Below are positions 12,946 to 26,368 of a stretch of 64,000 nucleotides of DNA, piece by piece (positions within the stretch are counted from its first letter, which is position 1; every line of letters begins with the position of its first letter). Source of the DNA: Octopus sinensis (taxonomy: Eukaryota). The translations under genes were made by a program, and so were the position numbers. The notes under the pieces were generated by a model. That model was not told the DNA's origin and searched no databases. It saw only the letters and a program-made list of their open reading frames with translations. The DNA lies in NCBI RefSeq assembly GCF_006345805.1, contig NC_042999.1, positions 66,526,001 through 66,590,000 on the forward strand, written 5' to 3'.

Positions 12946-14340
12946 GGAGGGGTGAAAAAGACTGCAGACCACTCAGTCTCGTTTCAGTACTAACTACTAA
13001 ATCCATTCTATGTGACCTGATGTTGTCAAGGAGGCTGCTTTGCTTCCACTCCGACCCTAGGCCACGTATATTTATGCAACCTACGTTGAACAAGATATTA
13101 TGGATGGGAGATGGTAATCTCGCCTCGTCCAGTTCTTCAGATGGTGTGCTTTGTGTGGCATTCTTTAAGAGATGCAAAATTCTTTTGTAAGGGTCCAACG
13201 TCCGCGGGAAATGATTCTTTAATTACACTGCAAATTATATTGTCAATGATGTAAAAATAAAGATGAGGAGTGATACTTGTGTTTGGGAGTTTGTTAAATT
13301 GTTTTACTGTTATGATTTTTCTATTTGTTTTTTTTTTTTTAATCTCATGTTCTAACGTTAATGGCTGTAATGTTTATAGATGATTTGCTCCTGTCTGTCT
13401 GTATTTTCTCCGCTTCAGAAGTAGTTTTCGTGGGTGGTGGAGGTACAGAAGATATTGCGACTGGTGGAGGTACCGAGGTTTTCGCGGGTAGTGGAAGCAC
13501 AGATAATTTTTCGGCTGGTGGCGGTACAGACATTTTCGCGCGTGGTATGGGTAGAAGTGGTGGAGGGCACTCTGCTCTTATGTGGCATTTTTGGCTATAC
13601 TTATAAGAACGAGGTTTCCATTCCTTCACCATAACCCTTACATTTATTTTTTCTCCAATTAATATTGAATTTGGAATTTCTTCCAGATCGGCAGTTCTGT
13701 TGTTGAAAATTGGTGGCTTCAAAGATAGTGATTTTGGCCCCTAAGCCTAACACCAATGCTGCTACGAACCAGGCAACATCATTCTCCGGTGGTATTTCTC
13801 CTACCTTTACCCTGGGAGTACTCTTTTCAAGATATGCTGACAGGAGAATCAAGATATGCTGACTTGAGAGAAGTTGTTGAATATTGGCTGGCTTTTACCT
13901 CGCTGTAAAAACGTAGTATATCTCCCCCCCCCCTTGGCTATATATATGATGACTTGCCATATGTGGTGTCACCATTTTTCTATGGCTACTTTGAGGGCCA
14001 AGTTAATTGTTTTGCTTTTGATGGAATACGTTTTCAATATTATAGTATTCCTTTTAGTGGTGTGAGTGACTTCGCTGGCATGGACTAATTTTACGTTGTG
14101 CCCCTCTTTTGAAGGAGACCATCGTACTTTCCTAGTTCGCTTTGTTCAACTTTTAAGTCGTCTTTGCTTACTCCAGATAAAGCTGCGAAATTAGTCGTTT
14201 TTGTCCTTATTTTTCTCAGAGTTGTCGGTTCTCTTTGTCGTATTTTCCATTTGGTCTGCTGGCGCATGCATGGTCATTATCATTGCTTCTAATAATTGGT
14301 CAAAATGTAAGTCTTCCTCGTCGGAGGATACACTCATCTT
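12946..14340 (-). mobile_element. Tx1/L1-like LINE copy C: decayed ORF1 plus start of ORF2 AP endonuclease
   Basis: VGCINIRGL...STETRL matches copy B LGCVNARGL...SETRL; TPRVKVGEIPPENDVAW resembles copy B ORF1 SRITIRNVPPDMPNKW; decayed knuckle RSYKYSQKCHIRAEC. Confidence 0.8.
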
Positions 14341-14479
14341 GAGAATAAAATGAGATACAAAAATATTAAGTTTCCCCCTTCAAACAAGGGGGAAATGTAA
14401 AAGAAATCTGCTACAACGCAGACCAGAAAGTGGCTCGAAAACACACACAAAAAGTAGAGTTCAACAAAAAAGATTTCCG

Positions 14480-16760
14480 ATAACTCCGAATATAAAATAT
14501 AAACCGTAAATACTCTTTAAATATATATATAAAGGATATATAAAAGAATATATAAAAGAATATATTTTTAAAAATTGTAAGGAATATAAAATATGGAAAT
14601 GCATATCAAATACAAAAATAAAATAATGAATATAAAAATTTAAGTAAAGATGCAGAAAAATATTAAAAAATATAAAATTAATATAAATGATGCATAAAAA
14701 ATTTAACGTTATAAATATATAGAAAAAAATTATAACATGATCATTATTATTAATAAAGAAATACAAAACAATATAAAAATAATATTTAAAATATATAAGA
14801 AAATTTTTAACAAGATCTTTATTTTGAATAAAGAGATAGAGACAAAAATACACATACCAGACTTTAATGTAAATAAAGCTAAAAGTGAAAAATGTTTTAC
14901 AAATATTTGTAAAGAATACAATTAAAATACATAAATATATAAAAGTAATAATACATCTGAGATAGATATATTTTGTACTTAAGGGAGGTGCGAAATATAA
15001 AACCAGTAGGAGTAAAGATAAAAACATTTTTTATCACCATACATGAAAGTAATTGATTTAGGAAATGGGTAGATACATATTGTAATACTTACTAAGGTGT
15101 AAATTTTCTGGGTTATAACATTTTAAATTATTAAGTAATTATTTTCTAGTTTAAGTCATAGAATAATTATTTTTAACTCAAAGCTTCTATTAGGTCAAAT
15201 CACGAGAGTGCTATAAGTATGATCTGCTGAAAGAATACCAGATCTAGTTAATCATGTAAGTATCATTAAGGGTATACTGCAATGTGAATGATGAGGTGTT
15301 AAAAAGAATATTTTAAAAATCTGGTATGTAAAGAGTGTCAAACAATTGTCAAAATTTATGATGGGTTACAATGGTTTCAACAAGTAATAAACTATGAAGT
15401 GGAAGAGATAAAATTAGGAAGAAAAATAATGTAATTAAGAATTAATAATAGATTAATGAAGTTGTACAAATTCTATTGCTACTGTCCCCTTAGAATTAGC
15501 ACTACTTCATCATTGATTTATTATTAATTCTTAATTTGCTTTTTTTCCTTTTCCTAATTTTATCTATCCTTTATAGTTGAACCTATCGTAAATTTCGACA
15601 ATTTTTTGACACACTGTAAATACCGTATTTTCAAATATTTTTTTTAACATATCAGCATACACATTGCCGAATACCTTTAATAATACTTATATGAGCAACT
15701 AGGTATAGTATTCCTTTAGTGCATCATACTTATAGTAACCTCTCGTGATTTGACCTAATATAATCTTTGAGTTGCAATGATGATCCTATGACTTAAAGTA
15801 GGAAATAATTATTTATAATTTAAAGTGTTACAACCCAGAATATTTACATCCAAGTATTACAATATGTGTCTAACCATTTCCTAAATCAATTACTTTCACA
15901 TATGTTGATAAAAAATTATTTTCATCTCTACTAGTGGTTTTTATATTTAGCACTTCCCGTAAGTTCAAAATATATCCATCTTAGATGAATTATTACTTTT
16001 TATCTTTATGTATTTTTATTATATACCTTACAAACATTTCTAAATTCTTTTTCACTTTTAGCTTTATTTATATTAAATTCGGGTTGATTTATTTTTATCT
16101 CTATCTCTTTATCTCTCTATATATAAACGGCAAAATATCTGTGTGTGTGTCCTTTATACAAATCCACAATGTTTCAGTTAGAGGGCTCGCACTTTCTATC
16201 GGCATTCAAAACTGTCCGGGGATGGTCGCGCACATCTTTACATTTCCCCAGTCACCCCACAAAGCCATTAAAAAATCAATAGAAGCGACTTTTTGTGAAA
16301 TTTTCTATCCAAAACCCAATCAAAATGCCCGAAACTTGATACGCCAATTGAATGCCAGCTAGCTGTATGTGATTGGTTGGAGATTTGTACAGTACTCGTG
16401 TGTATGTGCGCACGCACGCAGCTGTATATGCATGCACTAGCTAGTTTGTTTTAAATAGTGCTAGTTTTAAATAAAGATCTTGTTAAATTTTGTCTTTACA
16501 TATATACCTTTATAATTTCTTATATTTTTTGTATTCCTAATTTTTATATTAATTTATATCTATTTATAATAGAGATCTTGTTATAATTTTTCTATACATA
16601 TATACCTATAAAGTATTTTTATATATCTTTCAATATTAATCTTATATATTTTTTTAATATTCTTCGTATATATTTATATTCTTTTATTTAGGTTTTATAA
16701 TTTTATATATTTCATATTCTATATAAACAATTAAAAAGCTAGACGATCGGAGCCGTTAGA
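14480..16760. repeat. Long AT-rich foldback (imperfect inverted repeat centred at ~15483)
   Basis: Arms 14829-15475 and 15491-16113 are reverse complements (e.g. attaggtcaaatcacgagag / ctctcgtgatttgacctaat); 15-nt spacer; the match resumes after an insertion at ~16465. Outer limits approximate. Confidence 0.8.
16113..16444 (+). mobile_element. Non-autonomous Helitron-like insertion
   Basis: 5' tctctatatataaacggca shared with 42637-43007; ends ctag|t; interrupts one foldback arm. No clear subterminal hairpin. Confidence 0.6.
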
Positions 16761-17039
16761 AGTTTAGATAACTGGTTCACTCGGGTCAATTATCTCCTCC
16801 CCCAACTATAAATTCTAATAATCCCCAAATGCTTCCTTGTTCTGCGCAAATATACACCATTCTGATATGTTCATTGTGCCAACTGAATGGTAGCAGGATC
16901 ACTGTAGGTATTTTTCCTCCGTGAATTTGTTAATTAAACTGAATAAGTTGAACTCTCCTTTACGTTTCTTTGAAATGTTCTCATTGATCAATTAAAGGAG
17001 TCGTTAGAAAAGGGCCGTAACGAATTCACAACTGTACCT

Positions 17040-17484
17040 CTTTGTTATTGATTTATATTTTGTTCACCTATCTTGTGTGTGTGCTTTTGTATTTGGAACG
17101 AGTGCTAAAGAAAAAGAGGGCAAGGGAGAGGGAAGAAGAAGAAAGTAATTTTTTTGCTCTGCTGGACAGCATGCTTACTCCAAGATCTTTGGGAAAAAGA
17201 ATTTCAGTTTTGACCATTTCATAGTGTTATTGAGTGTGTGTGGGCGGGGAGGTAGACCATAAATTATATTTCCTTTTTATCGTTGTGAGAGAGTGTGTGT
17301 GTGTGTTTAATGGGAGATGGTCAAATGTTTTTTTGGGTTTAGAGAAGAAGAATTATTTTTATTATTGTTTTGTGGAGGTGTGTGAATGTGTACGTGTGGG
17401 TGTCTGTGAGTTTGGAGAAGAGAAGAAAGGAGAAGAGGAAAAAAAGGAAGGAGAACTAATTGTGTTGATATTTATACCACTATA

Positions 17485-17524
<40 letters not shown>

Positions 17525-17586
17525 TACTAAATGCTCCACTATATTAAATTGTAAATTGAAAGATTTGTCCTTCAATGTATGATGAG

Positions 17587-17590
<4 letters not shown>
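17040..17590 (-). mobile_element. Non-coding 3' fragment of the same Penelope-like family as 53860-58530
   Basis: Shares aagaatttcagttttgacca...ggggaggtag.ccataa and gaaagatttgtccttcaatgtatgatgagta with 54180-54250 and 57718-57747. Confidence 0.7.
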
Positions 17591-17640
<50 letters not shown>

Positions 17641-17729
17641 ATATACTGTATGTTCTCTTCTGTTTTAGTTATCCAAATTCTTCGTCTAAGGAAGGAGCTG
17701 GTTTCAAACGAGGTTATAAAGCTCAATCA

Positions 17730-17900
17730 TTGGAATATAGATAGAAAAAAGTCGAGAACAGTCTTGCACATTTTCACAGTTCCTCGTACAGATTGTATTT
17801 GTAACGTACGAGTTAGTAGGTTGATTTCTTTATCTGAAACCGCTAGCTTATCCACTTGTCCCTTGCGGACAATCTCTAGCGTCACTGTCTCTCTTGTTCA
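17730..17900 (-). pseudogene. Possible C-terminal remnant of an R4/Dong-type (RLE) non-LTR ORF
   Basis: Minus frame TLEIVRKG...LQIQSVRGTVKMCKTVL resembles the ALG.I.KG...IQK..LLGTA.ILRK.L terminus recalled for R4-group elements. Confidence 0.35.
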
Positions 17901-17968
17901 CTAGGTACTTTGTGACAATCTCCTGTTCAGGAACTTTTCAGTACCCCTCTGTTATTACATATATATAT

Positions 17969-18022
<54 letters not shown>

Positions 18023-19383
18023 GCATATATACATACATACATGTACATGCCTACATATATATGTATGTATACATGCATATATAGGTACAGGGCATCAAAA
18101 AAACCTTGAACATAATGAGAACCGAAAACAAAAACAAAAACATAGAAAACGAAGTTTTTCGAACAACGAAAAAAAACAAACAGAGAAACGAGACATGCAA
18201 CATAATGAATATTCCCCTTCATCAGTTGTCCCTGTTTCATCTCCTCCGCGGATCGAATGCAAGGACAATGCACGCTTGGGATTTTTTGCGGAGGGTGAAA
18301 GTGGTAACAAGAACAGGACAGTGAGAACAAGACAGTAAAAACAAACGGTGAGGGCTGTTAATCCAAGACGATAGAAAAATTATTATGAACGCTAGGAGAA
18401 CGAGTTTATGAGAGGAGACAGGTATAAGCACGTGTTTTCTTTGGGAAGGAAATGGGCAGCATATATATATATATATACATATACAAATGCATAACACTCA
18501 ATTGTATGGTACAATATCAACCACAGACACGCACCACTCTTTGTTCTTCTATTATATTTTATACCAGTAAAACTATGGTTTGATTATCTCAGACACAGAT
18601 GGTCAGTCATCACTTTTTCCCATAACTCCCGACTCATTGTTATTCTACACATTATGTCCAACTTTCATCTCCACAGTTAGTACTACGCGTAGGTGTTTCG
18701 TTCTCAGATTGCAGTTTCATGGAACTTTCAACTTTACTAATATTTTTCCCTGCAGTTATCGAATTTCAAAAGTTTAAACAGAACGTCTAACGATATCACT
18801 CTTCTGTGTCATTGATGTCCAGCGAATGCCGTAGGTACAGAAATTTCAATCAGAATAACTAGGTAAAAAAGCATGGCGAATAGTGGTACACCTCGATGAA
18901 TATCAGCTAATAAAGTAGATAAATGCGGTTAAGTTCCTGTGCCACGAGGAGAAAATATTTCTCACATATCAAGCAAACCAAAAACCACTCAGATACGAAG
19001 ATATTAGTATAGTACAAAACAATCTTTATCCTACCCTGCAGACACTAAAATATTGCACATTCAAAAACATCAGACACTGAAATTATAATTGAAATAAGCA
19101 AACAAAGACACACTTTTCAAAAAGATATTGTTTTGTAAAGAGTTAAATTCTTTGTCTAGTTTACTTTGTTATGTTTTTGTCACTCACGATAATCGTTTGT
19201 AAATATGAACAAACGTTGGTGAATAGAATATAGCTCAAGTCTTAACAGGTGGTACAACAAAACAACATTGTGAGTCAATAGTTTGTCAAGATTGTCTCCT
19301 CGATAAATAATTCATAACTTAGCCATTTTGTGACGTACAAAGAAGAAATTTCGATGGCAGATGTGAATGTGTGTATATATGTG

Positions 19384-19456
<73 letters not shown>

Positions 19457-19841
19457 GGGTGTGTGCGTGTGTGTGTGTGCATGTGTATGTGGTATTTATA
19501 TATATATATATATGTATATATTTGTGTCTTTGTGTGTGAGTGCGTATGTCTGAGTGTGTATGTGTGTGTGCCTAGGACTGTAAATGTATGCGCTGGAAGT
19601 GTGTGGATATGCACACATCGATGTGCGTGGACAAATATGCTAAAAAACATACGTGTGCATGCGTGTGCGTCTGAATCTCTATGTATGTGCCCAAGTATGT
19701 TTCTGACTATGATTTAAATACACTCACAAACACATACACACACACAAATGCACAAACACACGCATACACACACACACACAAATAATCATACACACAGACA
19801 CAGATACACACATATATATATATATGTATATACATACATAT

Positions 19842-19904
<63 letters not shown>

Positions 19905-20195
19905 TATATATATATAGCTGCATTACGTGCTAATGTACACAAGGACAAATCACACATTCATATTGAAATTTCCTTTTACTGTCAGAAATACATCAAAAAC
20001 CTCTGTTACTTTTGATTTTGACCGTCAATGAAGATTATTTTCAAGAAATTGAGAATTAATATCTTTGTTTTTAGGCAATGTGCATTGAAGAAATATCTAC
20101 GATGTCTCTCTCCTACACAAACACACAGGCTGTCCTTCTCTCTCTCAATCTCACTCTCTATAAACATACATATAGCTAGCTACTTAGCTAGCTAG

Positions 20196-20256
20196 CTAGA
20201 TAGATAGATAGATAGATAGATAGGTAGATAGCTAGGTAGGTAGGTAGATAGGTAGG

Positions 20257-20291
<35 letters not shown>

Positions 20292-20316
20292 GTAGGTAGG
20301 TAGGTAGGTAGGTAGG

Positions 20317-20389
<73 letters not shown>

Positions 20390-20390
20390 T

Positions 20391-20424
<34 letters not shown>
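20196..20424. repeat. (TAGA)n/(TAGG)n microsatellite
   Basis: Direct reading; 3' flank of LINE copy B. Confidence 0.95.
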
Positions 20425-20619
20425 AAAAAAACGTTTGATCAATAGGGATCTGTGGGTTGTGTGGTGTATAAAAAAGCAATATATATATATATATATATAA
20501 GGTTCACAGTTTAGGTGTAGCCTTGGAAAGAAAAACCTACAAAAAAGACCAAGGTCACCTCAGACAATTCGAAAAAGAACACATGAGTAAGTCGCCTTAC
20601 TTCTCGTTGTCTCTTTTGG

Positions 20620-23176
20620 TTACAGATTTATGCTTAAAATAGTGTCGTCTTTCATACTGACCATTTTTGCCACTTTTACCCACTTTTTATTAAAACATTC
20701 GTTCGACAAAGCCTTCCTCTCTATTCTCATCCTCTTTTCAAGTGGTACTTGAAAAAGTTGACGAGAGACTGACCAGAGAGGAAGGTGTTTGTTTGCAGTC
20801 CTTTCAAACGCGTCCACCACACACATTCTTTCGCCATAGCCATCAGCGTAACGAAAACCGTTTTCCCTTCCCGTTTAAAGGAAGGTGGTGGAACTATATT
20901 TACGATAGACTCGGCCGGTCCGTCCGTCCAGCGTCCCACTACTGAGCCGCAGTCGGACGGCATGGGCTTGCTTCTCCAGGTGCCGAGTAGCAAACCCACT
21001 GACTTTTCCGGGTTAATCTTTGCTCCCGTCACCGTTTCGTATTTTCTTAGTGTCTCGCCTATCATCTTGATGTGTTTGTCGCTCGACACTATGACGGTGA
21101 CATCGTCCGCATATGCCGACACGCTCGTCCCGCAACCCAGTTCCCGTGGGATGCCCCTCAGTGTCGCCAGCTTCCGCAGTAGCGGCTCGAGAGTCAATAC
21201 ATACAGAAGCGCCGACAGGGGACACCCCTGACGGACCGAACGCGTGATGTCAAACGGTTTCGACAGGTGACCGTTCACCCGAATCACCGATGCCGCTATA
21301 CAAGGCAGCGATCCAACCGCGGAAGACGGGACCGAAGCCAGCCGCCCTGAGGACGGCCGCCAAGTACCGATGGTGGACCCTATCGAAGGCTTTAGACTGA
21401 TCCAAATTTATCAGCGCCCCACCCATGCCAGGATCCTTAACTACCCTGTCCACAATGTAGCGCATCAGATGGAGGTTGTCATGTATGGTTCTGCCCGGCA
21501 CGGCGCATGTTTGCGCCCTGTCGACCAGTTTACCAATGACTAGCGCCAACCTCTCGGCTATTACCTCTGGCTATTACTTTGGCCAACATTTTCAAATCTG
21601 TGTTGAGCAGAGTGATGGGCCTGAAATTATCTATAAAATTCCCCTTGTTTGAGTCTTTCTTCAGCAACGTCACTGCACCTCGGCTCACGAAACCGGGATT
21701 CTCCCGTTTTGTTGCCAGTTGCAGTAGACTGATGCCAAGAGGTCGCCAAACAAGTCTGGCATTCGACAATACAGCTCGTAGGGTAAACCATCCAATCCAG
21801 GGACTTATCCCTCGCGCAGCCCGCCATCGCATCCCACACGTCAGCGGCTGTGATAGGACTTTCACAACACTCTCCGCTTCTCTTGCCGAGAGCCGCGGCA
21901 GGTCGGTCAGGAGGCACTGAAATTCATCCCTCGTTCCGACCCACCACTCGCACCAAACAGTCGAGCAAAGTGCTGTTGAAAGGCCTCACACATCCTTTCG
22001 GGTTCGAGTAAACTGCATCCCTGTTGATCTATTAGAGACCGAATGGTTGATCTGTTGCCACGCTGCGCCTCCGCTACCCGGGCCTCTCGCGCAGCTTCAA
22101 TCCCTTCGTTCCTTAAGGCACGCATTTTAGCTCTGACGACGCAACCTTCGTGCTGGCGTTGAGGTGTTGGTCGAGGGCCATCCTCGCAGCCAGCACGTTG
22201 GTTGCGCTGCCAGTGGTAAGTGCCCTTCTAGTTTCTTAACTAAGTCTCCCTCTACTCTATTTCGTTCTATCGCTAATTCCTTGCTAAACCTAATTGATTC
22301 CGATTTTATTGCCATTTTCAGGGCGTACCACCAGCGGTTGTTAACGACCGCTCCCGTCAGCGCCCTCTTAATTAACTCGCTAATCCGGTTCCTGTAAACC
22401 TGTCCGCGCTAACAGCGACGTGTTCAGTTTCCAGTAACCGGGACCCTGCCTATGTGTTTTATCTAAGTCGAGCGTACACGTAACAAATTTGTGATCTGTG
22501 TAGCTGACTATTTTAAATTGTGGACATCCTACAATCCCTATCCGCTGTCCTGCATAGAATTCTATCTAGATAAGATCTCGACGATCTGACGCGGTTTGTC
22601 CAAGTCCACGTTGGCACGTTCGGATGGTCGAGTCGGAACCTGTCAGACAAATGGAAACGTCTGAGCAGGTCTTTGAGGCTCTTACACCCCCTTCTATTCC
22701 TATCCCTTCCCACATAATCTAGATGCGTGTCCAAGGTAGCGTTCCAATCCCCTACTAACAGTAAAGGTCTAGACGTACCCAGGAAAACCTCTAGACGTCT
22801 GAAGAAATCCGCCCGACCCATTAAGGACGGTGCATAAACTGCCATCAGTCGGAATGCACACCCATTTCTGCCATCCACGTCCAAGACAACCAGCCTACCC
22901 TCCGGGTCTAGGAATATTGCTCTTACTTTTACCTTTAGACTTTCGAAAAAGCACCGCAGTACCTCCACCACCCATGTTCGGCAGACAGGGAGAAAAATAA
23001 ATGTCAAATTGATTGCCAAACATGGACTCGAGGGCCTGCGGCTTACTGAGTCTGGTTTCACTGATAGCTACTATATCCACGTCCAGTGACTTGATGTCGT
23101 TTAGAAGGTAACCTTGCTTCCAAGCCGACGCCAAGCCACGCGCATTCACACAACCTAATTTAAGCATACTTGACAT
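20620..23176 (-). pseudogene. ORF2: AP endonuclease plus reverse transcriptase, frameshifted, internally deleted
   Basis: [59 protein letters not shown]. Confidence 0.9.
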
Positions 23177-23239
23177 TTACGAAAATTGTGTTTTACACAC
23201 TATATTAGAAGAGACAAGAGGCAAGAAGGGGTCACTTAC

Positions 23240-25102
23240 TCATTTTAAAAGTTTCATTTTTTTCTTCTTCTTCTTCTTTGTATCGTTTTTGATGAGGTGT
23301 TTGTATAGTTTTTTCGACAGGTATCGTTGATACCCGCCTACCGCATTCGGAAATATTGTTTTCAGTATGTGGTGTTGTGCTTGTGTTATGTGTAAAATTC
23401 TGATGTGTTTCGGTGGTGTGGTGTGCGGATGATTGTTTGTCTTAAAGTCATCTTCACAGATGACCATATTAGATTTGATGTAGTCCATTAATTCTTTATT
23501 GTCTGTGTCTATTGCAGTTAGTTGTGTATGTGGTTTTACGGGTTCATTACTTTTTTGATTGTCAAGGGGGATGTTGTCCTGAGTTAGATATCTCCCTGCT
23601 TTACTTCCTTGTTTGGTGGATTTTTTGGATCTTTTTCTTTTACCCCCTGTGGCTATTTGCCATTCCGTCGAACTTTCGTCGTCCGACGTATCAGTATGGG
23701 GTAGAGGCAAAACATTTGCATTACTATGTATGCTTGTATAAATTGTTGATGTTTTGTGCGGTGTTTGTGTTGTTGTGGTGTTAGGGGTAGCATTTGTCTT
23801 CTCGTCAGTGTTTTCTGTCTTTTTAATTGTCGTCCTGGGTGTGGGTGTGGGTCTATTTTTTGGTTGTGACGTCAACGGTGATTGTGTTGGTACTGTTTTT
23901 CTTGGTGATGTTGTTGGGGTTTGTTTGCTGGTTTGTTGTTTTTCTTGGCATTGTTCCATAATTGAGTGTGTTGGTGTTGGTGTTGGCAACAAAGGGATTT
24001 TATTTGTTTTCTGATTTGTTCTTTCTTGTTTTTTTCTGTACCAGATCGCACTTGGCAATCAAATGTTCGGGGCTGCCACATTTGTAGCATCTAGGCTTTT
24101 TGCCTTCTGCCATAACATATAGGCATTGCCCATTCTCCAAGTGTATCTTGTCGGGTAGGCTCTCGATAGAGGCCCCTCAATCTGGATGGTCACTACTACT
24201 GTTTTTGCACCCCAATTGTCGTTTAGGTACACGGCTGTTTCTAAAATATTGATCTTTTTCAAGTGGTAACAGATTGCCCCTGTTATCCATTTGTTCGGCA
24301 TATCGGGGGGTACATTTCTGATAGTAATTCTACTCACCCTCTGATTTTTATAATAAGGGACCATGATGATTTCATCATTTCCCAGAGACTCAGTAGAGTG
24401 AGCTTTTGCCACTTCCTGGTTAGGGAAGCGGACCACTACTGTGTTAAACTGGGGACTCCAGTTTATATACTTTTTTTCTTTCATTATGTTTTTTAAACAT
24501 TTCTCCACATCAGTTTTTGTAATCTGTTCATTTGGTTTTTTGTTTTTTCTAATAATTTTATATACAATTGTCTTATTTTCAATTTCTTGTTTTATATGTT
24601 GAGGTGTATGCAACACTAAATCTTGTCCACGGGTTGTAAAGAGAGCTCTTGTTTCTATGAGCTCTTCATTTGTGAAAGTTACTATTTCTTTCTTCTGGCG
24701 AAGAATGTCTGCGAAATTTACTGATGTTGTTGATTTTTTTGTATTAACATCTTCACTATTAGATAGTTCATTTTTATTGTTGTTCTTGTTGTTGCTGTTG
24801 TTTTTATCAATAGTTTTCGTTTCAGTTTTATTTTTATCATTTATGTTGGTCGTGGTAGTGGTGGTGGTGGTGGTGAAGGTGGTGGTGGTAGCAGTTGTTG
24901 TCTCGTGGTTGCTGTTGTTAGTGGTGGTGGTGGCGGTGGTGACAAGGCCGTTACCGCACGTGGTTGCAGCGTTCATTTCACCGATATTTATGTTTGCATT
25001 TTCCGTGCGAACGTTCTTTTTTTTCTCTATCGTTTCCAGACTAGGAAAATGTTGTTCCATAAAAGAACGCGACCAGCGTTCCACAATAAAATTTCTAGAC
25101 AT
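23240..25102 (-). pseudogene. ORF1 (gag-like nucleic-acid-binding protein) with CCHC knuckle, frameshifted
   Basis: ORFs 24059-25102 and 23240-24058; a third frame gives CYKCGSPEHLIAKC (CX2CX4HX4C) at 24048-24089. Confidence 0.85.
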
Positions 25103-25303
25103 TTTCTAATGTCGAGAAGAAAATTACAGAAATGAAATGGGGTCGAAACTGCCCCTAGGGGGCGAATACCTCCCTTGGAAAAGCACTCAAACGAAAGTTG
25201 GTTGCCTTACACACCTTATTTGCAGAAATGTACAAAAAAATTGGGCTATAAATAGTCAAAATAAACAATTACCTTCGGAGCTGAACTGATATCACATCCG
25301 TCA

Positions 25304-25304
<1 letters not shown>

Positions 25305-25388
<84 letters not shown>
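25305..25388. repeat. (TAGA)n microsatellite
   Basis: Direct reading; 5' flank of LINE copy B. Confidence 0.95.
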
Positions 25389-25389
<1 letters not shown>

Positions 25390-25555
25390 GAAAGGCAAAT
25401 TCGACCTGGTCGGAATTTGAACTCAGAAAGTAACGGCAGACGAAATACCGCTAGTCATTTCGCCCGGCGTATTGGCGCTACGCATTTTGCCCGGCGTATT
25501 GGCGCTACGCATTTTGCCCGGCGTGCAAACGACTCTGCAGACCTCAACGCCTTCT
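25389..25555 (-). mobile_element. Partial OK-like SINE with a 27-bp internal triplication
   Basis: cgctacgcattttgcccggcgtattgg-like unit x3. Confidence 0.75.
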
Positions 25556-26190
25556 GTCTGAAATATAAACTAAGGAGAAACTTTAATGGGAGGTTTTAAT
25601 TTAAATAACTTTTAAACGGAAACTTTTTATCATAGAAACAAGGGCAGTTTCAGGAGTGATCGTATCAAAAGAAGTGAGGGAATATTAATAGAGACAGTGA
25701 ATAATTTGGTTCAGATAGACATGGACGGAACACCTTCGATCATAAATCTGCTTCATCAAGGCTAATCTGAAGGTAAACAGCAGCAATGTATATTCATATA
25801 TTATATATTCTATTGTGCATCACGATGGCTAGGTGGGTCGGTCGGGTGCGATTCATTAGAGACAATGCGGTATTAATTTTTCCCTGTCGGTTCTGTATTT
25901 AAATTGAGCTAGGGTCACTTTGCCCTTCGTCCATCTAAACAGAGTTGACATTATAATTAATGAATATTGTTTGATTAATTTAATGAACTATAACTGCTTG
26001 CCTTAAGCAAATCGATCTACGAGCGCAGATACACATAAACACACTCACACACACACACAGACACGCACAAAAACACACACATATACACTGATATATGGAC
26101 ATACAGAGGTACGTACAACCATACATACGCTTATATGTGCTTACATAATATATTATATATATAAGTATATATTCCTGAGTGTGTATATGT

Positions 26191-26221
<31 letters not shown>

Positions 26222-26278
26222 CATACATATATATGTGTGTGTATGTGTCTGTATGAATATATATATATATATCTATTC

Positions 26279-26368
<90 letters not shown>

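Larger units (their letters stand above)
20425..25304 (-). mobile_element. Near full-length Tx1/L1-clade LINE copy B (5' UTR, ORF1, ORF2, 3' UTR) inside (GATA)n
   Basis: ORF1, AP endonuclease and RT in canonical order; both ends abut (TAGA)n. Confidence 0.92.

Noticed and set aside
18205-18260. ctgatgaagggg on the minus strand
   Set aside because: No downstream stem II closure or GAAA at the proper spacing.
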